DNA of 64,000 nt from Granulicella sp. (GCA_041691255.1 JBEPUY010000005.1:22114-86113); one strand, 5' to 3'. Shown: positions 1 to 10,264, numbered from the stretch's first letter. Numbers and translations are program-made. Notes: generated by a model not told the origin, from the letters alone.

Positions 1-97
1 TTTCACTCAGCAAAAAACAGTTGAAGCTCCGAAACTGGAAAAGGAGAACAGTAATTTCTTTCGACGAATAAGAAGCTTGTCATGACAGAGCCATTTG

Positions 98-1213
98 CTA
101 TTTCTTCGCAGCTCTCAGCGCTTCTCTATACGTTTCAAGATAATTCGTGGTCATACGTTGAGCAGAAAACTCACGTTCTACTCTCTTTCTAGCGGCAGCA
201 CCGTAGCTCGCCCTCAAGTCCGCACTCTGGAGCAATTGAACAATCCCCCCCGCAAGCAGATCTACGTTCTCAGGGGGAACTACAATTCCGGTGCTGCCAT
301 CCAAAACCACCACAGGCACATCCCCTACAGCAGTGACGACCATAGGAAGCGCACTCGCCATACCTTCCAGAATTGCCATCGGTAATCCTTCCTGCCGCGA
401 TGAAGATACCATAACGTCTACCGATGCATAGACAGAAGGCATGTCACCTCTGCGGCCCATAAACAATACGTTCTCCTTTATTTTCAACTCGTTTGCCAAA
501 GCATGGAGCATGGCAATCTCAGGACCATCGCCTATGACGAGAAACCTTGTCTGTGGGCATTGAATAAGAACCTGTGCGGCAGCTCGCAGAAAGATATCGG
601 CGCCCTTTTCAGGGGAGAGCCTGCCTATCCACCCTACGGTCAGAGTCATTGCAGGAGCAGGGTCAGGAGTAAGCGCCGCAGTCGCTTTTATAAAGGGCCG
701 CAGGTCTATTCCATTACTAATGGAGTAAACCTTATCTTTCCGGACTCCAGCCGAGAGCAGCCGCGACTTGACTTCGTCCGATACAGCAATTACCGCTGCG
801 TAGCTCCTCAGCACATAGCGATCTACAGTACCGTAAAAATAGACTACCGGGTCGCCTTTGAGCCAGTTGTGACAGGTCGAAACAAATGGTGTCCCACTTC
901 TGCGCAATGCAAAGTAGACATAAACGTCTGCCTTATAGCCGTGAGCATGGACAATGTCAGCCCTTGTTTGCGCCGCTAACCTTCGGATATTCGCAACCAC
1001 TGCACGGTCAATCTGACCATTGCATGGAATTATGTGCGACTCAATTCCTTCACTGACTGCGGCCTCGTGAAGCTGGAGGTTGGGATTCGAAGAGTTTGAA
1101 AAAACACCCAAAATACTAGAATGAGAACTTTCGTTCAATGTCCGCGAAAGGTTCAGAATTACAGTCTCGGCCCCGTACATACCGCCGCTACTAATGATGT
1201 GTAGAATTTTCAT
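98..1213 (-). CDS. Glycosyltransferase family 4 (GT-B)
   Basis: From track ORF 98..1240. The N-terminus MKILHIISSGGMYGAE and the C-terminal 'SSRQEGLPMAILEGMASALPMVVTAVGD' block are typical of GT4. I prefer the ATG at 1213 (MKIL) over 1240. It overlaps the stop of the upstream deacetylase gene, which suggests an operon. Confidence 0.85.
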   Translation of the reverse strand: MKILHIISSGGMYGAETVILNLSRTLNESSHSSILGVFSNSSNPNLQLHEAAVSEGIESHIIPCNGQIDRAVVANIRRLAAQTRADIVHAHGYKADVYVYFALRRSGTPFVSTCHNWLKGDPVVYFYGTVDRYVLRSYAAVIAVSDEVKSRLLSAGVRKDKVYSISNGIDLRPFIKATAALTPDPAPAMTLTVGWIGRLSPEKGADIFLRAAAQVLIQCPQTRFLVIGDGPEIAMLHALANELKIKENVLFMGRRGDMPSVYASVDVMVSSSRQEGLPMAILEGMASALPMVVTAVGDVPVVVLDGSTGIVVPPENVDLLAGGIVQLLQSADLRASYGAAARKRVEREFSAQRMTTNYLETYREALRAAKK

Positions 1214-1994
1214 TCGCTTTGGCCTCGGCGCCGTCTGCATCCGGTTCTTTTCGATTCAGAAGCGCCCATGTCGTTTCGTAGAGCCGATCTCCCATTAAAG
1301 ACTTAACAGCTTCCTTGACCTTATATTGCCTGCCAAGACTGGCCAGCGTCCGGCTCTTGGGCGCAAGAAGCTCCGCAACCCACTCAGGCGTCATACCGCT
1401 GCGGATATTTAACCGGCCGATGAATGGTCCTGACGATGCTGGCTCGGATCTTGGGATCGAGGTGTATACCTGCGTATACCCGGCCTCCGCGCATGCAGTG
1501 AGAACACGGCGATTGTAACGCCCACCCGGGAGAGACATGGTCTGGATGGGAACAGCTAGCTTATCTTCCAATGTTTTTCGCGCATTGACCAACTCGGTCT
1601 GCAGTTCTTTTGCATTGCAATGAGTAAGAAGAGCGTGGCTCCATCCGTGAGCGCCTATTGACTGACCGGCTTCGAGCAGCATCCGCAGTTCGCTCCACCC
1701 CATATAACCGTGCTTCTGTCCAATCCAACCGACTGTAATAAAAAACTGCGCGCTCAATCCTCGCGATTGTAAGAGGGGCAATGCGTATTCGAAATTCGAG
1801 ATATGGCCATCGTCAAACGTTATTTCAGGCCATAAACCGCCCGCGTCGGTTTTCCTTATGCGAGAGTAAATCTTGAGGTGTTCCTCGAATGCTTCCTTTC
1901 CCATCACATAGGAGTATTTACTCCCACCCGGCCTCAATTCGTGATAAAGAAGATGTAGCGTGCGTCGAGAAGGTAACTCTTGTTCTATTGACAT
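1191..1994 (-). CDS. Polysaccharide deacetylase (CE4/NodB-homology domain)
   Basis: 267 aa. It has 'ITFDDGHISNFEYALPLLQSRGLSAQFFI' and 'GAHGWSH' motifs, as in NodB-type deacetylases. Confidence 0.8.
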   Translation of the reverse strand: MSIEQELPSRRTLHLLYHELRPGGSKYSYVMGKEAFEEHLKIYSRIRKTDAGGLWPEITFDDGHISNFEYALPLLQSRGLSAQFFITVGWIGQKHGYMGWSELRMLLEAGQSIGAHGWSHALLTHCNAKELQTELVNARKTLEDKLAVPIQTMSLPGGRYNRRVLTACAEAGYTQVYTSIPRSEPASSGPFIGRLNIRSGMTPEWVAELLAPKSRTLASLGRQYKVKEAVKSLMGDRLYETTWALLNRKEPDADGAEAKANENSTHH

Positions 1995-2042
1995 ATTGTC
2001 TAAGCACTCAAAGTTGGCTCTTTTTCAAGCGGCATTCGCCGA

Positions 2043-3095
2043 TTGCAGAATCAGAATACTAGACGAGGCCGCAATCAGTATCAACGCAACGAAAGGTTAA
2101 ATCGCTTGAATCTGGAAAACCAGGACTCCCCGAGCAATCAGCCCACCGATCTGGTGAGTGTCATCATCCCAGCATATAATGCGGTGCCATATATCAAAGA
2201 GACTCTCGAATCCGTCTTCAGCCAGACATATCGATCTTTTCAGGTCATAGTTGTCAATGACGGCTCTCCTGATACACCAAGTCTGGAAGAGTTGTTGCTG
2301 CCTTATCGCGAACGCATTATTTATATTAAGCAGGAAAATCGTGGGCTAAGCGGGGCTCGCAACACCGGGCTTCGTGCGGCGAATGGCAGCATGGTGGCGC
2401 TCCTTGATGCAGATGACATCTGGACGCCGGATTACCTGGAAGAACAGACGAAGTATCTCCGAGAACATCCTGAATTCGACTTAGTCTACTGCAACGCGCG
2501 CTTTTTCGGGCAATCGATCTACGATGGCAGAGAATATATGGACGTCTGCCCCTCCGATGGCGAAGCAACGTCAGTCGCCATTATCTCCCGGCGCTGCCAC
2601 GTGTTCGTGTCAGTCACCGCACGTGCAGAGGTGCTTAAGAGCTTCGGATTCGACGAATCGCTTCGATCCTGTGAAGATTTCGATTGCTGGCTTCGCCTCA
2701 CAGCCGCCGGACACAAGATCGGCTACCAACGCAAAATCCTTGTCCATTATAGAAAGCACGCTGCCAGCCTCTCCGCAAATCCAACGTGGATGGCCGACTA
2801 CAATATTCGAGTATTAACGAATGCGCTCGCGCTGTGGCCCCAAAACTCTGAAGAGACAAAACTGCTGCTTCAGGCTCGGGCAATCAAAACCGCGGAGTTA
2901 GATACGATTCGGGGAAAGATCGCGCTAAGAGATCAGGATATCCCCGCTGCTATCGCTCATCTCCAGGCCGCAAACGAATACTATAAGAGCACGAAGGTTT
3001 CTGCGACCATCTCCATGCTCAGACTGATGCCCAGACTGGTATTGGCAACTTTCAGACTGCGTGGACTACTCTTTAGAGCACACCGCGAGAACTGA
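2043..3095 (+). CDS. Glycosyltransferase family 2
   Basis: 'VSVIIPAYNAVPYIKETLESVFSQTYRSFQVIVVNDGSPD' and 'LDADD' are GT-A signatures. The start is uncertain: TTG at 2043 or TTG at 2106, which follows a GAAAGG. Confidence 0.85.
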   Translation: MQNQNTRRGRNQYQRNERLNRLNLENQDSPSNQPTDLVSVIIPAYNAVPYIKETLESVFSQTYRSFQVIVVNDGSPDTPSLEELLLPYRERIIYIKQENRGLSGARNTGLRAANGSMVALLDADDIWTPDYLEEQTKYLREHPEFDLVYCNARFFGQSIYDGREYMDVCPSDGEATSVAIISRRCHVFVSVTARAEVLKSFGFDESLRSCEDFDCWLRLTAAGHKIGYQRKILVHYRKHAASLSANPTWMADYNIRVLTNALALWPQNSEETKLLLQARAIKTAELDTIRGKIALRDQDIPAAIAHLQAANEYYKSTKVSATISMLRLMPRLVLATFRLRGLLFRAHREN

Positions 3096-3123
3096 AATGA
3101 CTTTCAACCAAAAAGGAATCTAA

Positions 3124-3714
3124 TTGGCTTCTAAGCTTTGGCAAACCTTGCAAGCTGACCTTTATCGTTACCGCGGTAAGGCTGATTTGCGCTCATTTGT
3201 TTCTGCCTATCTTCGTGATCCAGGCTTTCGCTTCACCTACTATCTAAGAAAAACGGCCTTCTATAGTAGAAAAAAGAGATCCATCGGAATCTTCGGTTAC
3301 ATCTATAACCGCATCCTGCTGCATCATTACACTTTCAAGTACGGTTTTGACATTTCTCCCACTACAAGCATCGGCCCAGGTCTATACCTTGGCCACTTTG
3401 GAGGAATTGTGATCAGTCCCTATGCAGTCATAGGTGCCAACGTTAACATCACAAAGGGAGCGACAATCGGTGCAACCAGTCGAGGATCACGCCTGGGAGC
3501 ACCTACGCTTGAGGATCGCGTCTGGGTTGGCGCCAATGCGACCATCGTTGGAAAGATTACGATTGGCTGCGAAGCTCTCATTGCACCAGGTGCTTATGTC
3601 AACTTTGACGTACCCAGCAAAGCAGTGATTCTTGGAAATCCAGGAAAAATTGTTGCTACCTCCGGCTCCCAAGGATATGTCAACAATACGATGAATTTTA
3701 CTTCAACAGTCTGA
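3124..3714 (+). CDS. Hexapeptide-repeat O-acetyltransferase (serine acetyltransferase/WcaB-like)
   Basis: The left-handed beta-helix repeats 'IGPGLYLGHFGGIVISPYAVIGANVNITKGATIG...VWVGANATIVGKITIG' identify the family. The TTG start is preceded by AAGGA at 3113-3117. Confidence 0.8.
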   Translation: MASKLWQTLQADLYRYRGKADLRSFVSAYLRDPGFRFTYYLRKTAFYSRKKRSIGIFGYIYNRILLHHYTFKYGFDISPTTSIGPGLYLGHFGGIVISPYAVIGANVNITKGATIGATSRGSRLGAPTLEDRVWVGANATIVGKITIGCEALIAPGAYVNFDVPSKAVILGNPGKIVATSGSQGYVNNTMNFTSTV

Positions 3715-3797
3715 CCTGCCAAACTGCCGGTCATCGGAAAGGCAAAGACCGAATCGCAGGCAGGAGGCCGGACATCAGGATGAACTAAAATTTCCGT

Positions 3798-5459
3798 TTA
3801 TAATTGATTTTTTGAAATCTTCGCCGCGAAATTACCGTCGATCACTTCAAAATTATTTGTTCTCGAATAGGTATGCGTACCTAGATTATTCGGGACCCAC
3901 TCTGGCCCGATTCGTCCTATTGGCCTTTCGAGATACTCCATTTCATTCAAAAGCAATACTTCTAAAAAACACAAGGCATACCCGTAAGCTTTTGCACAAT
4001 CCTGCGAGGGTCGGATAAGCTTGCCATCTTCATAAAATAAAGGACCGGCAGGCCGAGATCTTCGTACATCCGATACTACTGGATTATTACGATGGGGCGT
4101 CCATGGCCCAAAGAGTGAGTCGGCATAGAATAATCCAAGTTCGTCGCAATTAGAGTATCTGCCGTTCGACAAACCTACGAACATCCAGAATTTCCCATCG
4201 ACTTCATGTATTGTGGCGTCGACTGCGAAGATATCTTTCAACAGCACAGCAGCAAGTGACCAACGTGCTGGAAATTCATCAGCGCGATAAAGCTCCACGG
4301 TACGATTCTCTTTTGTCTCAGGAATCATGTACATCTGCCCATCCTGCTCAAATAAGAACGGATAGGAAAGATGATAGGGCCGACGAAGGACCTCTACTGG
4401 ATCAGTAAGTGAGCCATCCGAGTTTACTTCCGAACAACAAATGAGAGCTCGCCCCTCGCTATATCGATAATCTTCAAAAAATAAATAATTCTTGTCATTC
4501 TTTTTGACCAGGAAAGGGTCAGCATAGAAGCGATCCTGCGGTGGCTGAACGATATGGTATTCCGAAGGATTGTCGAATTTGAGACTAGGCAATCGCTTTC
4601 TGGTCGCTAAAAACCACTGGGTATATCCACCATGCAATCTCGATGATATTTTAGCCCTGATTGCTCGTTGCAGTAGACGACCAAGGAATACCATCATTTG
4701 CAGCGTATTAGGTGTTTTATAAATTCTTCTCTTGTATGTGTTTGTTTCGTTGTAGGTTGGCAGAGATTGGATGTAACCCCAACCCTTAGAATTTAGATCG
4801 CGCAATCTGCGCATTGCGTATTCTGCTGTTTTCCAATAGATGGGATTACGACTTCGATAAAGCGATGTGCGATCCGTCTTAGAGTGGCCTCTATAGATGA
4901 CATGTCCGCCATCGAGGGAGTTGGTTAATATCTGGAGGATAGTGCCAGACACAGGATTTTGCTCATATATCTCCCAAAAAAGGGGAGGGCCGCCTCGATA
5001 CTCCAGATTGTCATCATGGTGAAATGACCATACCCCATATTTCGCCGCATCCAGAATTTCGCCACGAATGATGCGAAAGCCAAATCTAAATATCACATCC
5101 AGATTGGCTGCTTTAATCTGAGCAAGGTTTTCCTCGCTGAAACGATCCGTAAAACCTTTGCGAATAGGCTCGACCGTGATCTTGGACACCTCTCCGAGGA
5201 ACATGGATAGATCACGAGGAGCCTTTGCATCTGCGGCACCCTTATATTTCTCGTAATCCCACTGCTCATAGCGATGGTAAAGAGTTAGGTTCCAATGATT
5301 CTTCAGCCGCTTTCGAAGTGATGGCTTTTGCTTTGGTGCCGGCGTGTTCAGGATGACCAATGCTACCTGGGCAAAATCCGAGTCCTGAATGTCTTCGATA
5401 ACTTTGGCGACCCAAGCGCTGGTCGTCAGCGAATCCAGCATTATACCGATGCGCAACAT
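3798..5459 (-). CDS. Fusion protein: N-terminal formyltransferase-like domain plus C-terminal beta-propeller-like domain (glucosamine inositolphosphorylceramide transferase N-domain-like)
   Basis: The N-terminal half contains 'DVIFRFGFRIIRGEIL..GVWSFHHDDNLEYRGGPPLFWEIYEQNPVSGTILQIL', which resembles the Fmt/PurN core. The C-terminal half, 'FYADPFLVKKNDKNYLFFEDYRY...MIPE...WMFV', resembles GH43-like/GINT1_N family proteins. That family call is from memory, not from a search. Confidence 0.6.
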   Translation of the reverse strand: MLRIGIMLDSLTTSAWVAKVIEDIQDSDFAQVALVILNTPAPKQKPSLRKRLKNHWNLTLYHRYEQWDYEKYKGAADAKAPRDLSMFLGEVSKITVEPIRKGFTDRFSEENLAQIKAANLDVIFRFGFRIIRGEILDAAKYGVWSFHHDDNLEYRGGPPLFWEIYEQNPVSGTILQILTNSLDGGHVIYRGHSKTDRTSLYRSRNPIYWKTAEYAMRRLRDLNSKGWGYIQSLPTYNETNTYKRRIYKTPNTLQMMVFLGRLLQRAIRAKISSRLHGGYTQWFLATRKRLPSLKFDNPSEYHIVQPPQDRFYADPFLVKKNDKNYLFFEDYRYSEGRALICCSEVNSDGSLTDPVEVLRRPYHLSYPFLFEQDGQMYMIPETKENRTVELYRADEFPARWSLAAVLLKDIFAVDATIHEVDGKFWMFVGLSNGRYSNCDELGLFYADSLFGPWTPHRNNPVVSDVRRSRPAGPLFYEDGKLIRPSQDCAKAYGYALCFLEVLLLNEMEYLERPIGRIGPEWVPNNLGTHTYSRTNNFEVIDGNFAAKISKNQL

Positions 5460-5579
5460 GACCTCTCATCAATTACCCCGACCAGCGGGCCACACCAAAG
5501 ATTATTTGAGCAAGTATAGCAGCGAGCCTTAGACGGGAGCTTCTCGCAACCTCACGATAGCGCTATTTCAGTTGGGGTC

Positions 5580-7301
5580 TTAAGGATGATATTGAAATGC
5601 CCCTATATCATCCACAGAGTTGGGGCCTCGTTCAACCCCCTCGTAATCTTTCAGCAACTCTGGCACTGCAACCCCCGCACCTCGTGCCGGACTTCCGCTT
5701 GTCAAATGAAAATTGATTCCGTCGAGACTCGCTTCTCCGCTCCATCTCGGCATATTGGCGATCTTCGGATTTGTACAGTGCTCCGTCAAACCGAAAGGGC
5801 AAGTCCTCATGTTGTAGAAAATATTGTGATCCTTTGCAATAAATGGATTACGAGGCAAGCCGGTCGTGTAGAAAATAGCTGGAAGCTCTCCACCTACGGG
5901 ATCTTTATAACCAATATGTAGATTGTTCTGGAAGATGAGATTGGCTTTGGTGCAACTACCTGAACAACTAATGTCATAGCTCACCGCCCCGTAGCCAGCA
6001 AAGCTGTTGTTCTGGAAAATATATGTCCCTCCATCATTCACTGAAAATGCGATGCCGTCTCCGGCAGCCCGACAGAAGAGAGAGAGATACCTGTGATAAT
6101 TATCCGGGGCTCCCGCCATGGGTGCTGACATTCGCCTACAGTTATGCACTGTCACGTTATTTTGAAATACAACGCGACGCATAGCTCCCATCTTCCACTG
6201 TTGTCCCATGTTGCCGTATGAACTCGAATCGGTGATTGAAATTAAACTTCCACTGACATGAAGCAGATCGAGGCCGTCCTGAGTGTTGTAGCGGAAAGTG
6301 CAGTGATGACAAGTAAAGTTCAAAGGCGTACCCGGCGTTCCAACGCCGTCTCCGTAGCCGCCGTTTTCCTGATCAAAGCACCTGAAGATCGGCACCGCAT
6401 GTGTAATCGGATACTCCTCATTGCATCCATTCCACTCGACCATGAGATACGATGCATTAACAGTCGCGTCAGGAGCATTTTTCGTTCCTCTCCCGTTGTC
6501 GAAGTTCCATCCAGCCCCACCATTGCCTGCAATACGGACATGATCGACCGTTATAGTTCCTCCAATTGGTCCGAAGATCCCCTGGGTGGTCAGCCCGTGG
6601 ATATCAAGATTTTTTAGAAGAACGTTTGCGGTTTCATTGTTCATACTGATGCCCGTACCTGCATAGTCCGACAGAGGATAGCCCGTGTAACATGCCTCTG
6701 ATTTCGGGAATACTGCACCAACTCGCGTGCATTGACCATGATCTGTTAGTTCAAGGCATTCAACATCCACGTTCTTTGATCCTGACAAATTTAGAATAGT
6801 GCTTAACCCATACCCCCCAAACAATTGCGTCTTCTTATTGCAGCTCTTGTAATTTTCCCCAAGTAGCCGGGTTGGGTGATCGGGTGTCCCCGAAGGCAAA
6901 GGAGGCATTGAGCAGCCGTAAGGATCACCTGGGCAGTTTCCCCAATAATTCTTTGAATCCGGGCCTTTATACCCCATCCGGTATGGGCCGCCTCGAATAA
7001 TGATCGTGTCTCCACCTTCAAGCAAAGAATCTTTATTGCCGTAGGCGCCATTTGTGATCAGATGGTACGGATGATTAAAGGCGCAAGGCTGTCTTGTTCC
7101 TTTGCCGCGATAGGCCGCATCCACTGTTCCTGTACACTGCTTGCGATCGCCACCATCCGGGCGAATAAACCAGGTGCGCGATCCCGGAGAAACAGAGACG
7201 TCCGTAGGCTTGTGTTCCTTCCCGCTATATCCCAACAGTATGAGTGGAAATAGAAGCAGAAAGCAGAAGATACCCGCAAATCCAAACCAGCGATTTAGCA
7301 T
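5580..7301 (-). CDS. Membrane-anchored, Cys-rich right-handed parallel beta-helix protein
   Basis: It has an N-terminal hydrophobic anchor (FAGIFCFLLLFPLILLG). Repetitive 'NN/ GN / FQNN' turns (VFQNNVTVHN, YIFQNNSF, LIFQNNLHIG) are typical of pectate-lyase-fold repeats. There are many Cys residues. Confidence 0.6.
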   Translation of the reverse strand: MLNRWFGFAGIFCFLLLFPLILLGYSGKEHKPTDVSVSPGSRTWFIRPDGGDRKQCTGTVDAAYRGKGTRQPCAFNHPYHLITNGAYGNKDSLLEGGDTIIIRGGPYRMGYKGPDSKNYWGNCPGDPYGCSMPPLPSGTPDHPTRLLGENYKSCNKKTQLFGGYGLSTILNLSGSKNVDVECLELTDHGQCTRVGAVFPKSEACYTGYPLSDYAGTGISMNNETANVLLKNLDIHGLTTQGIFGPIGGTITVDHVRIAGNGGAGWNFDNGRGTKNAPDATVNASYLMVEWNGCNEEYPITHAVPIFRCFDQENGGYGDGVGTPGTPLNFTCHHCTFRYNTQDGLDLLHVSGSLISITDSSSYGNMGQQWKMGAMRRVVFQNNVTVHNCRRMSAPMAGAPDNYHRYLSLFCRAAGDGIAFSVNDGGTYIFQNNSFAGYGAVSYDISCSGSCTKANLIFQNNLHIGYKDPVGGELPAIFYTTGLPRNPFIAKDHNIFYNMRTCPFGLTEHCTNPKIANMPRWSGEASLDGINFHLTSGSPARGAGVAVPELLKDYEGVERGPNSVDDIGAFQYHP

Positions 7302-7420
7302 AAAACTCCGATCTCACCCTATGGATACCCAACAACCGCTACCCAATGAGTACAGTTTTGGCGCATTGCCATCAATGCCACTGTCTGAATCTATACATGG
7401 ATAGAAGAGACATGTAAGCA

Positions 7421-8647
7421 CTATTTGTGCATCACATCCGAATAAGCCTTCGAAATCTCATCGATAAACCCCTGCAGCGAGAAGTTTTGCCTGACGTGCT
7501 CCGCTCCCGCCACCCCGAAGCGCTTCGCCTTTTCAGGGTCTTCGATCAACGTCATGATTGCGTCCGCGAGCTCTTTGCTGTTGCCGTGTTCGTGCAGATA
7601 TCCGGTGACACCAGGTTGAATAATCTCTGGGATCCCCCCTACGGCAGTGGCTATCACTGGCTTTCGCATCGCCATCGTTTCCAAAATACTCAAAGGAAAG
7701 CCTTCTCGGTGTGTGCTTAGAACACATATGTCCATAGCCGCAATCAGACGAGGAACATCGGTACGGTGGCCGGTAAAGATGAAGCTGTCAGCAATTCCTA
7801 ATTCTTCAAGCTTCTTGGCCACCTCTTCGTAGTGGCTTCGATTTAGATCGACGAGGGAATTATCTCCCACAATCAGGAAGCGCGTATTGGGATGCTTCGT
7901 CAAGATCACTACAGCAGAATCAGCCAGAGTGAAGTAGTCTTTCTGCCGGGAAACACGCGCAACAACTCCGACCACCGGACATCCGTCTGGGATTCCCAAT
8001 TCGTGCCGTACGGCTGCAGTGCCCTCCGACATGTCATCTGTCGGAACTTCTATCGCGTCATAAACGACACGAGCCTTATTCTCAGGAAGAGAGATAGCAA
8101 AGGTCTGCTTCGCTTCTTTTGATACGAAGATAAAACTCTGAATCGGCAAAAGGCAAAGCCTCTCACGCAAACTCAAACTCGGATAGCTAACTCTGAGATG
8201 GCATACTCTGCGAGAGCGTGCAAGCAGAGCAGCAAGGCTATTATGGATCGCTGCCTTTTCATCAGAAAAATGGACCACATCCACTCCCACCCGCCGAAGC
8301 TGGCGTGCCACAGCCAGAGATTCTTTATAAAATTTGGGAGCATGTCTCAAGCTAGGCTGGGGAGGATCGTAGATAACCGTCTCGATCCCCAATTCCTTGA
8401 AGGCATCGATCAACGATGTTGCGTCATGCAAGCAAAATGCGACGTGTCGGAACTTATTCCGTGTTGCCGCTGTCAAACGAAGCGTAGCAATCTCGACCCC
8501 GCCCATACCACTCCAGGGCATGAAATGAGCGACGGTTAGCTTCTGGCCATCCCCCTTCGCTTCCCTAATATTCTCCAAACTTCCCTCCCCGTCCGCCCCA
8601 CGAAACCAAGCCAGACTCATCATAGCGTGTGCAAAATTCCAACGCAC
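7421..8647 (-). CDS. Glycosyltransferase family 4
   Basis: 'TVAHFMPWSGMGGVEIATLRL' at the N-terminus and 'STHREGFPLSILETMAMRKPVIATAVGGIPEII' (E-x7-E region) identify GT4. The start may be an internal Met. Confidence 0.8.
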   Translation of the reverse strand: MRWNFAHAMMSLAWFRGADGEGSLENIREAKGDGQKLTVAHFMPWSGMGGVEIATLRLTAATRNKFRHVAFCLHDATSLIDAFKELGIETVIYDPPQPSLRHAPKFYKESLAVARQLRRVGVDVVHFSDEKAAIHNSLAALLARSRRVCHLRVSYPSLSLRERLCLLPIQSFIFVSKEAKQTFAISLPENKARVVYDAIEVPTDDMSEGTAAVRHELGIPDGCPVVGVVARVSRQKDYFTLADSAVVILTKHPNTRFLIVGDNSLVDLNRSHYEEVAKKLEELGIADSFIFTGHRTDVPRLIAAMDICVLSTHREGFPLSILETMAMRKPVIATAVGGIPEIIQPGVTGYLHEHGNSKELADAIMTLIEDPEKAKRFGVAGAEHVRQNFSLQGFIDEISKAYSDVMHK

Positions 8648-8674
8648 AATGGCTTTAGATGCTTTGGCTGCGGC

Positions 8675-10264
8675 CTATGACGCCATCCTATCTACTTTGT
8701 ATCTCCCCAAAAACAATTTGATCCTGGGTAGAATCTGGCGCTTCACATTATCTCGGAACATCAGGCCAACTGTAAGGATAAAAATGGGCAACAGAGCCAT
8801 GGTCTGCATAAAAAATGTTGTCTTATTATGCACAGGGAAGTGCACATCAACAGCGTAAGAGGCAACGGCAAATGGAACTGTCGACAGAAAAACCGGAGCC
8901 ACTACCTTCCATATCACGTCAAAAGCGCGGATACCCACCAATTCAGAGATATATCGTGGCCAAAGGACAAGCTGCACAACTAAGCTTGGGATCAGAGTTC
9001 CAATTGCGACTCCATAGATTCCGTACACATGAGCCAGAATAATGCTGAGCGTCAGGTTCGAGATGGCTTCACCGATTGCCCATTTGGCAAGCGTCTTATG
9101 TTTTCCAACTCCAAAAGCTATTGATCCTGCCGTCACGTTCTGAAGAGAAAATAGAAGCGCCGTCGCTAAAATTGCCAACACGGTTCCCGATGACTTGGAA
9201 TACTGTGGCCCCATCCATACCCCGATAAAGCTGTCACCGCGAATGATCAAGGTAAGAGCGATCGGCAAGGAGATGGCCATCGTCGCCCGCGTGCCATTAA
9301 TGTAGAGCGACCGCAGACTGGATGTATTCCCCTCGGCTTCATACATGCTGGCGGCCGGTGTAAAGGTCTTGGTCATCGCACTAACAATCTGGCTCGTGTA
9401 ACGACACAAGGAATTTCCGATGGAGTAGAAGGTCACCGCGGAGGCCGTAATGAACGCGCCGACCACTAGATTGTCTGACTGATATACCAACTGGACCGCC
9501 ACCGTATCCAGAAAAGCGTAGAAGCTATACGACCAGATCTTACGAAGAACTTCCTTTTTCGGTTTCGTCAGACGGATTGTTAGTTCCGGATAGATTCTCC
9601 GAACGATATATACCAGCAGGCCATTGCCAACCAATGCAGAGAGAAGCTCGCAGAATGCGATGGCGACGATGCCGTGGCCGGCAAGCAGCACGTACACAAC
9701 CCCGATGACGCGGATTGCTAACTGGACCAGCGTTACATAGCTTCGCAGATCATACCGATTCAAAGCAGAGAGCGTAGAGCTGAACACCCCGAACGACATG
9801 GAAATTGTCGAGGTGATGCCAATGACAAGGATGGCCTCACGAGCGTCAACGGCCAATGACGGAGGAACCTTGAAAATCAGCGGAAATATCGCCGCGAGCA
9901 CACCGCTCAGAACGAGCAGCAGAACGCTGATCTGTAACCGGACCCAAAGCACCGCCGACAGAACTTCAGAAGCCCCTTCGTGATCCTGAGTGGCATGTCC
10001 TTTGGAGACGAACCGGACGACCGAACTGGCCATTCCCATATCGAGAATTGCCAGATAGTTGACGGTAGAGACCGCCAAAACCCAAACGCCATACGCAACA
10101 TCCCCCAACCGATGGACGACGAACGGAGCCAGGAAAAACCCGACCGACAAAGTGGCCGCTGTGGCAAACCAATTGGATAGGACGCTTCTGGCAATCTGCC
10201 ATACACGCGACTGCAAGCTAAAACTCCTTTGCGCCGATCTCAGACCATGACGAAACCGTCTCAA
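8675..10264 (-). CDS. Oligosaccharide/polysaccharide flippase (MOP superfamily, Wzx-type)
   Basis: 529 aa, with roughly 12-14 hydrophobic helices along its whole length. It lies between GT genes in the polysaccharide locus. Confidence 0.8.
   Translation of the reverse strand: MRRFRHGLRSAQRSFSLQSRVWQIARSVLSNWFATAATLSVGFFLAPFVVHRLGDVAYGVWVLAVSTVNYLAILDMGMASSVVRFVSKGHATQDHEGASEVLSAVLWVRLQISVLLLVLSGVLAAIFPLIFKVPPSLAVDAREAILVIGITSTISMSFGVFSSTLSALNRYDLRSYVTLVQLAIRVIGVVYVLLAGHGIVAIAFCELLSALVGNGLLVYIVRRIYPELTIRLTKPKKEVLRKIWSYSFYAFLDTVAVQLVYQSDNLVVGAFITASAVTFYSIGNSLCRYTSQIVSAMTKTFTPAASMYEAEGNTSSLRSLYINGTRATMAISLPIALTLIIRGDSFIGVWMGPQYSKSSGTVLAILATALLFSLQNVTAGSIAFGVGKHKTLAKWAIGEAISNLTLSIILAHVYGIYGVAIGTLIPSLVVQLVLWPRYISELVGIRAFDVIWKVVAPVFLSTVPFAVASYAVDVHFPVHNKTTFFMQTMALLPIFILTVGLMFRDNVKRQILPRIKLFLGRYKVDRMAS

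Noticed and set aside
1-97. A possible gene fragment at the left window edge, or a small ORF downstream of the GT4 gene.
   Set aside because: The minus-strand ATG at 83 opens only a 26-codon ORF ending in TGA. The plus-strand ATG at 81 gives a 36-codon ORF antisense to the GT4. Neither is credible.
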